Source of the DNA: Vicugna vicugna
Lineage: Eukaryota
Assembly: GCA_013265495.1 (NCBI GenBank)
Contig: MU057416.1
Coordinates: 738,545 to 802,544 of the forward strand
Direction: 5' to 3'
Length of the DNA stretch: 64,000 nucleotides
Below, in pieces: positions 1 through 12,760 of the stretch. How positions within the stretch are numbered: position 1 is the first letter of the stretch; every line of letters begins with the position of its first letter. The notes beneath the pieces are model-generated. The model was not told where the DNA came from, made no database searches, and was given only the letters and a program-made list of their open reading frames with translations. Position numbers and translations under genes: made by a program.

Positions 1-129
1 GTAATGGGACTTTCTTTCACTTTATTGTTACTAAAGGAGCATCTGTTGCTTTAGCAATACTACTTTCCAAACCTGGAACCAAATGTTTAGACTGAAGATG
101 CGAAGGTCAATTTGTGACTCTCAACTTGA

Positions 130-1260
130 ATGAGAAAAGGTAATCGCACTGCCAAACTGAACAGAACCTCAGAGCTGTGTGGGGCTGCAGCAGAGACTGA
201 ACATCTGTGTCATTAGGGTAGAGTCCCAGAAGGAAAGGAGAAAGAAAGGGGGACTGAAAACAGTACTTAAAAAAATAATGGCTGCAAATGTATCAAATTT
301 ATCAAAAAATATAAACTACAGATTCAGGAAGCACAATGGAACCTACACAAGACAAACCCCTCAAGCTGTACCAAGACTCACCATAATATTACTTCTGAAA
401 ACAAAAGAGAAAGAAAAAAATCTTGAAAGCAGCAAAAGAAACTATACCTTAGCTATAAGGTAAAAACAATTTGAATAACAGTAAATTTCTCATCAGAATT
501 CATGAAGACCAGAAGAAAATGGTACATTTTTCAAGTGCTGAAAGAAAAATACTGTCAACCAGCATCCGGTATCCAGTGAAAATATCCTTTAGGAATGAAG
601 AGAAATCAAGACATTCTCAGAAGGAAAACTAGCAGAATTTGTTGCCAGGAGTGCTGTGCTGAAAAATGAAAAATTTCTAAAGGAAGTTCTTGGAACAAAG
701 ATTTTTTTTTTTAATCTTGAAACATCAGAGCAACAGAAAGAGTAAAAATATGGGAAAATGCAATAGATTTTCCTTCTTTTCTTAGTTTTCTAAATTATAT
801 TTGATGTTTGAAGCAAAAATATGACACTGCCTGAAGTAATTTTCAACCTATGTAGAGAAGATGTTTAAGACAATCTTATTGTAGTCAGGAGAATTTAAAG
901 GGGCCTAAGGGAGGTAAAGTTACTATACTTTACTTGAACTGGGTAAGATATCAACACTAACAAGCAGAATGTGATAAACTGCATATATGTACTGTAATAT
1001 ATCCAGAACAATCACTTTAAAAAATCCATACAAAGAGATACACTCTTAAAAGCCACAATAAGTAAATCAAAATGGAAGTCTAAAAATTGTCCAAGTAATC
1101 CATAGGAAACAAAAAATAGAGAAGTGCAAAACAGAGGGAACAAACAGCAAACAAGAAACTAAAATGTCAGGCTTAATCCCTAACAGATGAATAATTACAT
1201 CAAACGTAAATGTAATCACATTACACCAACTCAAAGACAGAGATCTACCCAGTGGATTAC
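130..1260 (+). mobile_element. Old LINE-1 fragment (ORF1 3' part, inter-ORF spacer, start of ORF2), degenerate
   Basis: A-rich strand. The 179-463 translation (LNICVIRVESQKERRK..LKKIMAANVSNL) resembles L1 ORF1. ORF2-start-like 'ataattacatcaaacgtaaatg...tcaaagacagagat' at ~1190-1245. Confidence 0.8.
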
Positions 1261-2849
1261 TATTGATACAAAAAGCACTTGATGAATTTCGAGGGCATTA
1301 TGCACCTCCACAGAACGCCAGTGAAGGCAGCTGTCAAGGTGCCTTAACCACCTGTCCCAGGAAAGAGCGGCCTTGGCAGTGTCATCATGGTTGTCACAGG
1401 GACACCCACTGTGGTAGTAGTGGTGAAGAACAGAACTCAAGTGGCCTCCGAAGTGGCAGACACCAGCAAGGGGACAGGGAAAAACAATAAAAATGAGTGC
1501 ACATAACTGAGACCCTCATGGTTTTCCACATAATGACGGGCGGATTCGGCTTTAAGTTAATGAAGCACAAAGAATGCTATGATGAGATGATATTTTACAT
1601 TTTATTAGCATTATTTTTCACTTTCCTCCATCAAAGTTTTTAGCAGAGGGGAAGGTGGAGAAGAAAAGTTCCCAGATAAGCACACACATGGAGTATGAAA
1701 AAAATTATGCAAAAAGTAAGACACAGTTTCAGGAGGTGTTAGCTTGGAGATAGCACCGTCTGTAGGCTAGCATGTATGTTACGAGTAATAAGTTGATAAT
1801 GTGAATCAGCAAGTTAGTTAAAATAAACGGAGGCTTTAGTTCAGCACAATAATAAGCTTCAGAGGACTCCTTGTAATCTGATGTGATTAGACTCCTGGTC
1901 AACATGAAATGGTAGGCGTGTAACCTAATTCAAACAGGCATAATTAATGTAGGTGAAACACTGTAGTAGCCCAATTAAAGAAATTATGAGTTTGCAGTTG
2001 AAACCCATGAATCCAGGGGTGGGTTTATCTGCTTGGCATTTATGAGAAATAAAAAAAGGAAAGAGAAACAGGACTAATATACTTCAGGCATATACTACAA
2101 AGCCTGCTACAAAAAAATGAAGGGCATTTTCTGGATGCGATACGCAAACTTGACAAATAAATATGATGTTGTGGAGATTCAAAAATACCGGGATAGCCTC
2201 CTTTTGGAAAAAAATCGAAATTTTCAAAATCCTTTGTCTTGATGAAAAATTTTAACTCCCACACACTACACTTTACTAGGGAATAAAGGCAATAAACAAG
2301 CAAGCAAATAAGAAAAAAACTATAGTTAATGATGAAGTTCTATAAAGAAAATAAATGTATGCTAATGCCAAAAAAGACATGGTTGCTGTTTGTCACTGAC
2401 AAGAGATGATACAAAGGAAACCTGAGTTTCTTAATCTATTGCTTCTAACTTCTCTGTCAAATAAAATTATTTTTATACCCAAAAAAAAAAAAATGAACAC
2501 ACTTTGATAGAAAAAATTTAAGTCTAAGATTGGGAAGATGATAATAAAACTGCACTTCGAGTCTCCCCTTTAAAATCTCCAAAATACGTTATAAATGGAA
2601 TGGGAGTATGTTATATACCAGATTAATACGTTGCCATCAGGGTAGACTGATGGTGAGTCAAACCTAATATGAGGTAATCTGATAGCAATAAATATTAAAA
2701 AATGCCCCTTGTGGCCAAAAAACCACCGCTGAACACGTACAGAATAGGGAGGCCACGCTGGTTGGTACATCCTATTTCATCACTAGGCAAGGTCATCGTA
2801 AAATGTGAGTGATGAAGGCTAAGAGCAACCGCTGCGATGGATCACGAGG

Positions 2850-3510
2850 AACGGGGTGAGACGGACTTGGGTAAGAAGCCAGCTCTTGCCAGCGATGAAG
2901 CAGAGAGCGGTTCGGCCGGGCACTGCGTTTACTTGAAAAGACACACCTAACTGGAGCATGGAGATACCAGAATCAGAGTCCCCGCGCGCACTAGTGGTCA
3001 ACTACAGGGAGACGAAACCCAGGTCCCTAAGCAGGGCCGCAAGCCAGCCACACAGGTACTTAGGGGCAGCACTGCCGCTGGGGCCGTGGTCTCCTCGAGG
3101 GGCTACGCCCGGGGAAGAAGCCGGGCGGGGCGGGCGGCGCGGGCAGGGCAGCGGCCCGAGGGGCGCCGCCCGCTTCCTCCCGCGCCGCGGTGTCTTGCCT
3201 CTGCTCGTCCGCCCTCCCCGCCCACGGCGGACAAGGGAAGCAGCCGGCCGGCCTCCCGGCCCTGGGGGGAGCGAGCGGGCTCCTGAGCCACCGTTGCTGC
3301 CGTGCCGGCCTCCCGCCCCAGAGCACAGAGAACGCGAAGGGGCCGGGGCGGCAGGCGGGGCCAGGAGCCCGGCCCGTTCTGTTCTAGGGGCTTTCGCCCG
3401 AAGAGGGAGATGATGTGACAGGGAAAGCTCAGCTTGTTCTTTTCCCTCACTTTTCTTTTTATCATGACTAGTCTTTCAGCCAAATTCCCCGGCCTGAACT
3501 CGCACCTTGC
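2850..3510. promoter_or_regulatory. CpG island, probable promoter of a gene not resolved in this window
   Basis: Dense CpG, several GGGCGG/CCGCCC boxes (3123-3135, 3216-3223, 3346-3359) and an RFX X-box-like 'gttgctgccgtgcc' at ~3293-3306. Confidence 0.7.
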
Positions 3511-4479
3511 GGTGGCATGAGAAATCGGAGTGACACTTCTATGGAAGGCACAATTAGAAAATTGTGCGATTAAACACAGAAAGCTACAGAATTAAAAATA
3601 GCCTTAAATACTGATTTTTTTACTTGAAAGAATTATTATATATATATTTAATTTCAAGATCATTCTGTTTTTAAGAAAAAATACACTATAAAGGCAAAAA
3701 TCAAGGTGAAAAACTAATTCATGGGTTACAGCTATGTTTAGGTTATTTCCCTTGCATAAATAGGCCTTGTATGTTTACAGTTTTGGTCAACGCTTACTAA
3801 CTGGAACATAAGCTCTTATTTTTGACTACAGCTTCCTCAGTAAAAATGCCTTTTCAGCGGGGGAAAGCATCTCCCCATCTGACAAATGCACAATACATAA
3901 AATATTGAAGATCTTAAAATAGCAAAGTGGTGTGAGCCCAGAGAGAGGACTCCTTTATACCCATGGTGCTTCCCTGATCAGAACAGACATGATCTGTCAT
4001 CTCTGAAAGCTAAGCTGGGATTTGGTCTCCTTGACCTTAACCAACCTGTGCAGTAAACCAGCAATGGTCTAAGTGATGTTTCCAGGAGCTACCACATTTA
4101 ACATGCAAGAAATCAAATCCCAGCTCCAATTAATAAAATGTAATTTTAATATCGAGCTGTTAAACAAATTTTCTAAACACCAGCTACATCCAAAGAAAAA
4201 GAAATTCTCTTAATCAAAGCATCATTAGTGTAAATTAACTAATTCTAGCCAAGGGAGCGTAAGCTCTTTAAAAACACAATTTTAATATGATGATAAAACA
4301 TTGATTTAAAAGATATATATTATTAATCACAAGTATCAGCTGTTACAGTGGTGTTAAGGGAAACTAAATGCTTTAAACCACAAACTCCCATCACTTAGAA
4401 TTTGGCACAATAAAATTAAATGTTTAAGAAGCAAATTGATATCCCTGAAATTTGGGATAGAAGTAAATTCATTGTTAAT

Positions 4480-5244
4480 ATTTTTATTTTTAACACCTTC
4501 CATACAACAGTGAGGTTCTGCTTTCTTTTTTCTAATAATGTGTCTGTTTGATTTTTCTCTCTGAGGGAAAAATAAGCATGAAAAGCCAGAAGAGCATGAA
4601 TTAGATCCAGTGCAGTTTATGGCAATCCAATTGTATGATGCTCTTCGAAGATAACTGACAGTCAAGAACCATTACCCTGGCCTCCTGATTCTGTTACACT
4701 CCATACTATGTCTTCTCTGTCGACGCGTTACTACAGGTCTTTCAAGTTTCTTTTTCCCATTTGGTTTTGTCTTCCACGACGCATTTCTTGACTTGAAGGC
4801 TTCATCAGTGTACTGCAAGCTGAGTTTCCCACTGCAGTGTTATGGCCCAGATTACTACTCAGCTGCCATAATTGATGGTTCCGTTCTTCTTCTCTGAAGA
4901 CAGTATGGTATTCTCCGTGGGCCAGTGATGTTAAATTAGTATGTTTGTCACCACTTGATTGAATAGTTGAGTTTTCTTGGGATTTCAACTCCTGTATTTT
5001 CTGTGACGTGGAGCCAGATTGCTCTGATGGATGACAGAGATCACCTGACAGCAGCCATCAAAGTTACCTTTCAGCAAAAAGACATGTTAAGCGCACTGCC
5101 TAGAAAGTTTTCAAATGCGTTGGAGGAATAAGACGAGGTCCACCGGTTAGGATTCTGCCAATATTTAGACCTACTTCTTCTTTCTCGATGACTCCATTCA
5201 CAGTGCGTGCCCCTTTTTAGCTCCTCTTGTGAGGAGCTTGCAAT
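4480..5244 (-). pseudogene. Candidate terminal exon of the minus-strand gene remnant
   Basis: Weak acceptor 'attactgacctag|ATT'. Phase-0 frame IASSSQEELKRGTHCEWSHRERRSRSKYWQNPNRWTSSYSSNAFENFLGSALNMSFC* (stop 5073-5071). A second long protein-like frame follows (..KSQENSTIQSSGDKH..GKRNLKDL*, stop 4733-4731). AATAAA on the minus strand at 4488-4483. Confidence 0.5.
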
Positions 5245-5451
5245 CTAGGTCAGTAATGAATATTCATTAAGCAGAGAATAACTTGTGCATGCTGTAAATT
5301 CAGCAGGTAGAATGATTTTATTTTGTGGAAGACTGACAACAATCGAGCACTTCCATAACGCTTTAGTTGTGGGAGAGACTTTAGATTAATCTCCAGATTT
5401 AGTTCTTTGTGCCAGGCACCTTCACATCTAATATTTTATTCAAACTTCTCT

Positions 5452-7620
5452 CTGGGGAGCAGCCAAGACGCTGGAGTAGGAAGACCCTGAGCTCCCCTCC
5501 TCTCACCGGCGCACCATAGTCACAACTATCTGCAGAACAACCATGGAGGGAAAAGACTGGAACCTACCAGAAAAGATCTACAACTAAAGACATAAAGAAG
5601 GGACCACAGTGAGAGGGGCAGACTCGTGATATAATCAAATCCCATACCCCCTGGGTCGGTGACCCACAAACTGGAAAATAATTATACTGCAGAGCTTCTC
5701 CCACAGGAGCAAGAGTTCTGAGCCCCACATCGGGCTCCCCAGCCTGGGGATCTGGCACTGGGAAGATGAACACCCAGAGCATTTGGCTTTGAAGGCCAAT
5801 GGGGCTTAGCTAAAGGAGCCCCACAGGAGGGGAAACAAAGACTTCACTCTTCACTCTTAAAGGGCCACACAAAATCTCACATGCACTGGGACCCAGGACA
5901 AAAGCAGTAATTTGACAGGAGCCTGGCCAAGGCAATCTACAGAGTCAATGCAATCCCTATCACATTACCAATGGCATTCTCCACATTCTTAGAACAAGAC
6001 ATTTTAAAGTTTGTATAGAAACACAGAAGGCCCCAAATAAACAAAAAAATCTTGAGAAAGAGGAACAGAGCTGGAGGAATCACACTCCCTGATTTCAGAT
6101 GAAAACACAAAGCTACAGTAATCAAAACAGCATGGTACTGGCACAAGAGCAGATACATAAATCAAGGGAACAGGATAGAACGTCCAGAAATAAACCCACA
6201 TACTTATAGTCAATTAATCTGTGACAAAGGAGGCAGGAACATACAACATAGAGAAGGCAGTCTCTTCAGTAAGTGGTGCTGGGAACACTGGACAGTTCGG
6301 TGGAAAAGAATGAACTTAGAACATTCTCTAACACCATATACAAAAATAAACTCAAAATAGATTAAACACCTAAATGTAAGATCGGATATTATAAAACCTC
6401 TAGAGGAAAACATAGGTAAAACATCCTTTGATGTAAATTGCAGCAATTTTTTTTGGATCTGTCTCCTAGTAGTGGAAGTAAAAGCCAAACTAGACAAATG
6501 GGACCTAATTAACTTAAAAGCTTTTGCACATCAAAGGAAATGATCAACAAAATGAAAGTCAACCTAGAGAATGGGAGAAAATGTTTGCAAATGATGTGCC
6601 TGACAAGGGATTCATTTCCAAGATATATCAACAGCTCATATAGCTTAATAGCAGAAAGATAAATAATCAGCCAATCAAAAAACAGGCAAAAGACCTGCAT
6701 AGACATTTCTCCAAAGAAGACATAAAGATGCCCAACAGGCACATGAAAAAGTGCTCAGTATTGCTAATTACTGGAGAAAGGCAAATCAGAACTACAGCGA
6801 GGTATATCACCTGACACCAGTCAGAATGGCCGTGATCAAAAAAATGCTGGAAAGGGTGTGGAGAAAAGGGAACCCTCCTATACTGTTGTGGGAATGTAAA
6901 TTCGTGCAGCCACTATGGAGAACAGTATGGAAGTTCCTTAAATAACTAAAAATAGAATTACCATATGATCCAGCAATCCCACTCCTGGGCATATATCCAG
7001 AGAAAACTATAATTCAAAAAGATACATGTACCCCAATGTTCACAACAGCACATTTACAGTAGCCAGGACATGGGAGCAACCTAAGTGTCCATCAATAGAT
7101 GAATGGATAAAGAAGATGTGGTGTGTATAAACAACAGAATACTATTCAGCCATAAAAAAAGAACAAAATAATGCTATTTGCAGCAATTTGGATGGACCTG
7201 GCGATGGTCATATTAAGTGAAGTAAGACAAATATCATGTCTCATCACTTATATGTGGAATCTAAAAAATGGCACAAATGAACTTACTTACAAAACAGAAA
7301 CAGACTCACAGACATAGAAGACAGACTTATGGTAACCAAACAGGAAAGTGCAGGTGGGTGGGGGTGCAGATAAATTAGGGGTTCGGGGGTTAACAGACAC
7401 ACAACACTATATATAAAACAGATAAACAACAAGGCCCTACTGTAGAGCACAGGGAACTGTATTCAGTATCTTGTAACAGCCTATAATGGAAAGGAATCTG
7501 AAAAAGAATATATATATTCATATATATATCACTGAATCACTTTGCTGTACACCTGAAACTAACACAACAGTGTAATTTAACTATACTTCAATCAAAAATG
7601 TTTAAAAAAATAAAGAAAAA
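5452..7620 (+). mobile_element. LINE-1 with large internal deletion: 5'UTR fused to 3' ORF2 plus 3'UTR and A-rich tail
   Basis: 5'UTR-like 'ggggagcagccaagacgctggagtaggaagaccctgagctc..' switches at ~5927 to ORF2 'aaggcaatctacagagtcaatgcaatccctatc'. ORF2 C-terminal motifs ([20 protein letters not shown]). Artiodactyl-type 3'UTR and A-rich tail at ~7600-7620. Confidence 0.9.
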
Positions 7621-7835
7621 GAAGCATTAGGTAGATAAACAGTACATTTTAATCCTATATTAATGAATTAGAACAAATAAGAGATTTCCATTTCTGTGTA
7701 TTGGGCACATGCCTACTTGTTAAGTCAGAAAGATAATGGCCAAAGATAGATGGTTCTTTACTCTTAATTGAAGCATGAAAATAAAAGCCAAGAAATGTAT
7801 AACTCTTCAAACAATAGAGCATTACTTACAAACAA

Positions 7836-8220
7836 TATTATGGACTAAATTGTGTTTCCTCCCCAAATCCACATGTTGAAGCCCTCCCCTCCCCCAGTTC
7901 CTCAAAATGTGGCTGTATTTGGAGACAGACCTTAAAGAGGTTACTACGTTAAAATGAAGCCCTGAGAGTGGAGCCTAATCCAATCTAACTGGTGTCCTGG
8001 TAGGAAGAGGAGACTGTGACATAAAGACGTACCGGGGATGCAGCACACAGAGAAAAGAGCCTGTAAAGAGGCTGCGGAGAGCAGCCGTCCGCAAGCCAAG
8101 GGGAGGCTGCAGAAGAAACTAACCCACAGGCACCTTGACTTTGGACTTCCAGCCTCCAGAGCTGTGCTTAAGCCCCCTGGTTTATCAAATTTTGTTATTG
8201 CAGCCCTAAAAAATTAATAT
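7836..8220 (+). mobile_element. MaLR solo LTR (MLT1 family)
   Basis: 'tattatggactaaattgtg..gttgaagccct..ccttgactttggacttccagcctccaga..gcagccctaaaaaattaata' matches the recalled MLT1 consensus. Confidence 0.85.
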
Positions 8221-8699
8221 GATCCTTAAGCCAGAAAGAGGATAATTAGCCCTGGAAAGGAAAAATGAGACAAAGAACAGTAAGTGAATGAAAACAAAGA
8301 GAGTTATCTTTTGTGGAAATTGTTTGCATGCCTTTTCAACTCTTTCATACGAGCTGTCTTTCAGAAACGATGGGGAGAGTAGAAACGGACAGCCAAGCCC
8401 TCCCTCACCTGGGAAGGTCTTCTGCCAAGCCCCCTTACGTTCATGGGTAAGGCGGGAAGTTAGAAGGGAGACTGAGTGAAAGAGTCAGCGTCTGTTCAGA
8501 CTTGGGCTGGTTTGCTTCCCTCCGAGGAATGGCCAAGCAGCCGTGGGATGCGTCCTCCTGCGCGGCGGGCGTGGGCAGCCTCCCCGCCCCCTGGTGCGAG
8601 GCGCCGTGTGCTCAGTCAGTGGTGGAGAAGCCACAGCACATTTGCGCATGTTCTTCTCATAGGTTCGTTCCACTGGATGTTAAACACGCACTCCCTGCA

Positions 8700-8870
8700 T
8701 TTCAGAACTGTGCCGTCCAATGTGGTAGTCACTTGCCAGATGTGACTGTATACATTTAAATTTAATTTCATTAAAATTTCAGTTCCTCGGTCAGACTAGT
8801 TCAGCAGCCACATGTGGCCCGTGGCTGCCACAGCGAGCGGCAGCCACAGAGAACGTTCCCGGGGAGCTCT
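8700..8870. mobile_element. hAT-Charlie DNA transposon fragment (MER3/MER33-like)
   Basis: 'ctgtgccgtccaatgtggtagtcact..tttaaatttaattt..aaaatttcagttcctcggtca..agccacatgtggc'. Confidence 0.6.
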
Positions 8871-10553
8871 GCCAGCCTGCTTTAGAGCAGAAGACGCGGC
8901 CAGCTTTGTAGACACAGCAGCCGCCTTTGCTTAACCGCTTTAAATCCCTGTATGACGTGGACTTTTCTTGGAATTTTTCCTGTTTCAGGGAACACACGAT
9001 TTCCCTGTGCTTGGGTTTAAAACAGAAACACAAGTTTCTAATGTGTACCAAAAAGTGATACGTCAGCAACTTCCAAATGAAACCAAGTGTGGTTGGCGGG
9101 TGAGGGGGGAGCTCAGCACCTTTTCCCCCAGAAAGATGGGGCTTCCACGCGGTGTCACATCCAGACTGTTCACGTGCAGATACACCTTCTGTCCACGTGG
9201 GGGCGACAGAGGGGCCCGTGGGGTGCGTGCTTCCGGGGTCTCAGCCCGTGGTCCAGCACGTTTGGAGGAACAGGATGCAGTTCCCTGTCCTGCAGCACCT
9301 GCCGGCCTGGCAGGCCCCGCGCCCTGCCCCCACCGCGGCGGACCAGAGCGTCAAAGGAAAGCACGCGTTTCTCAAGTCGCATGTAATTGTGCAATTCTAC
9401 ACCGGGACGTGTTTTCTCGGACTCAGAGTGGTGATCAGCTTATACTGTAAAGCGTGAGAAAAGGGCCATTAATCGTCCAGTGAACTGGGTTTTGTAAGAA
9501 TCACTTCGGTATGAAAAACAGAAACCGAACTGCCTTTAACTCATGTGTTTCTAGGTCCTTCCGTGAAGGTGGAACATGGGAGGGTTTACACTGCTTATTT
9601 CAAAAGAAGGAAATACTGATCCCTAACTAAGAATATTGCTGGAGGGCTGTGAAGGGAAAACGGGGCTGGAAGGGAAATGGAAGAGGCTGTAGTGGAAGGT
9701 AGGTAGGTGTCTTGCTAGGGGCGCACACTTCTCTTCCTTCTCTTTAACTACAAGATGTGTAAAAGGTGTTAGGGCTTACAGAGCCTTTTTATTGTTTTGT
9801 TTTAAAACTCAAAGAATGGCCTCTGGAGATTTAGACCCCTCACCCCTAGGCGAAGTGTGAGCCTTCACGGCTGCAGGCGGGGGAGGGTGGAGCAGGAGCA
9901 GGAGGACCCCTTTCTGGTTCTCACCACATCAGGTACCTCCCCCCACCCTCGCCAAAGCCGGAGTGGGTGGTCGCCACCCCGGTGGCTGTTTGCACCTTTG
10001 CAGCCTGTGCTGGGGATCAGACACAGAAGGCTGCTAGGAGAGGGGCGAGCCCCTATCCTACAGGGGCAGGGCGAAGACTGTCCCAGAGTCTGCAGATAGG
10101 CTGGGCCGGGCCTGGCGCACGGGGCAGATGGGGGCTGCTGCTTTTGGCAAAGTTCTGTCTATCGCAGGAGCTCCCACAGCCTCTCACACTCTCCCCGGGG
10201 AAACAGCGCGACTTACGGGGAAGCACGCTGGCCTGCCCCTGGTAATCAGCCTCCCCGACTTCTATAGCTCTTCACCTGCAAGGCAGGGGTAGTTATGCCT
10301 ATCCCACGGCACCACTCTGACTACAAGCACGATACAGAGAACTCCCCGGCACACAGCAGGTTTCCAGCCAGTGGTGGCTCTGACCGGGGTCACGACTCTG
10401 GACGGTGCCATAGTCTCAGTGTCATCTGCACCCAAAGAATATGTGCCTGTCACATGTCATTTACTCAGGGCCCCTACCTTCAGCTTTTGGGAGTGACAGC
10501 CGTGCTGGGATGAAAATTATTTTCTGTCCGAAACATTAAAAGTTTAGATTTTC

Positions 10554-10897
10554 TTGATACAAATGATCTTATTTACAAAACAGAAAGAGACTCACAGACA
10601 TAGAAAACAAACTTACCGTTACCAAAGAGGAAGGTGGTGGCGGGGAGGGATAAATCAGGCGTTTGAGATTAGCAGATCCACCCTACCATATATAAAATAA
10701 ACAATAAGGGCCTATTGTGTAGGACAGGGAACTATATCCCATACCTTGTAATGACCTATAATGGAAAAGAATCTGATAAAGAATATATATGTATGTATAA
10801 CTGAATCACTATGCTGTACACCTGAGACTAACACAGCATTGTAAATCAGCTATACTTCAATTTAACAATAAATAAATAAATATTAAAAGTGTAAAAA
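10554..10897 (+). mobile_element. 5'-truncated LINE-1 3' end with intact 16-bp target-site duplication
   Basis: L1 3'UTR plus A-rich tail. Direct repeat AAAAGTTTAGATTTTC at 10538-10553 and 10898-10913. Canonical tt|aaaa endonuclease site. Confidence 0.92.
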
Positions 10898-11199
10898 AAA
10901 AGTTTAGATTTTCCCTCCCAGGGCTCCCGGCTTCTGCACACACTCTAAGGAAAGTTCTGTGGCTTCCATACCAGCTGGTTCATCTTGGGCTTTGTGATAG
11001 GATATTATTATAGCTAAGGGCCTCCACGTGGCGGTAAAGCCGGAGAAGAGGGGCCTCTGAAGAAACACGAGAGCGATGGCCGGAGTTGGGAGAATTTTGC
11101 CCGCGGAAGTAAGAAGCAACTGTGGGTGAAAGAAAGAAATGCAAGAGGAGAGAGGTGTTTTAAGAAATGTAGTGAGTTTAGAAATGTCAGGGGGAGAAC

Positions 11200-11830
11200 T
11201 GGCTACTTCGAACCTCCTGCTGTTTGCCAGGGCGTGCTGTTGACCACATCCCCACACCAATTTTAGCCCCACGCGGCCTCTCCGGGGGTCTACACCTGGA
11301 CGCATCCCTGCCGCGTGCGCCGCCGAGCCTGCGGGGGCGGGGCCTCCCCTCACCTGGGCTTCCGCCCCCGCAGGTGGACGGGAGGCCCAGAGGCCCGACG
11401 CGGCTGTCCCCACCCCCGACCCGCTCGGGAGCGACTGCAGACCGGGAGGAAGGTAGGAAGGGCGTCTTCCCGCACTCTGGGTGCCCCCGGGGAGCCTCCC
11501 GTCAAACCGTGGGCCGCTTCGTGCTCTTGGGCGTGGCAGGGGGTGGGGACGGGAAGCCTTGGGGCGGGGTCTCTTTCAAACGGGGGCCTTTTATTAGGAG
11601 CCGTGAGCTGCAGAGCGAGCGGCTTGCGAGTCTCCTGTCCTGCGCGTCCGGCCCCGCGTGTCCGCTCTGAGTCCCCCGGGCAGAGCTGCTCGGAGACCGT
11701 GGCACCACGCGTCCCCGGGCTCGCGCAGCCGCGCCGCCACGCCTGTCCTGAGAGCTTCGGGATGCCGTGAGCGTGGTGCTGAACTCCCGGGGGGGGGGAG
11801 CATGGAAGACCCTCCGGGAGCCTTAAACAC
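11200..11830 (+). promoter_or_regulatory. CpG island, candidate promoter/first exon of a plus-strand transcript
   Basis: Dense CpG, GC boxes (11334-11343, 11562-11569) and a donor-like GGAAG|gtagga at ~11451. Confidence 0.6.
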
Positions 11831-12707
11831 TGAAACCTTGGCAGTACCTTTCCCACCAGTGTTAAAAACACTTCTTAAGACTAAGGTAAAGCTACGAGTT
11901 TGTTTCTAATGTTTAACTTTTTCCATGCTTCTAATTGAAATATCAAATGTAATCGTTCAAAAATTGTTCTGGAGTGTCTATATAATTTGTTGGCACCCTA
12001 AGGATGGGTTTAGGCTAGGCACTGGGTAACTTTTTGCGTGGGAGCTGACATGTGGGTGGAGAAAACAAACGAAGGACAAAGTAGCTCCTTGAAACATGGG
12101 AGCGTGTCTCTGCCCCGAAATTCCAGCCCGTGACGATCAGGTGGGAATCGCTGTAATTTCTGAACTAGCTCAGCTGCCCCAGCCTGTTGCTACTTTCGTC
12201 GCTGGCAGCACAAAGGGTTCTTCCCTGCGATGGTTTTCCCTGATGAGCGTTTTTGGAAGTATCATCTCTGACGTAACAAAATATTTCAGAACCATTTGTG
12301 GTTTTGTTTTTTTTTTTTCAATTTTCTCCAAGTTGTATTGCCAGAGACCAAGAATTTGATGAAATAATTTTTTACCACATTTTATTGAGTTATAGTCATT
12401 TTACAATTCTTACTGCAGTAGGAATGGTGTTACTCTGACAAGAGTGATAACATCACAGATAAGGAACACTTGCGTTGTACTTTACAATTGACCAAGAATG
12501 CGATTTCCCAAAGATCGTCTCATTTGAACCTCCTAGCAGTCATGTGATGGAACAAGAGAGTTATTAAAAGTTGAATTAAAGACTTAATGAGCCAATCTCC
12601 TTCACATTTTAACAGGGACTTTCTGGAGATGGAATTTCTCGACACCTGAGATCAAGGCAGTGTTACCAGCTTGTAATTGTGATTTTATTTTACTGTTTTT
12701 TTCGCAG

Positions 12708-12760
12708 GAGGCAAGGAAGAGAGAGGCCCCGTTGGCACGATAAAGAACACGCTGTAAAAG
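12708..12760 (+). other. Candidate plus-strand exon (probably non-coding)
   Basis: Long polypyrimidine acceptor 'ttttactgtttttttcgcag|GAGG' and donor 'AAAAG|gtacca'; 53 nt. Confidence 0.45.

Noticed and set aside
1263..1490. 75-aa ORF / snoRNA-like ATGATGA motif on minus
   Set aside because: Abuts L1 debris; no terminal stem or properly spaced D box seen.
2958..3483. Overlapping ORFs of 65-151 aa on both strands
   Set aside because: GC-rich artefacts with no recognisable product.
10904..11909. Multiple 148-173 aa ORFs
   Set aside because: Open in several frames on both strands across a CpG island, typical of non-coding GC-rich DNA.
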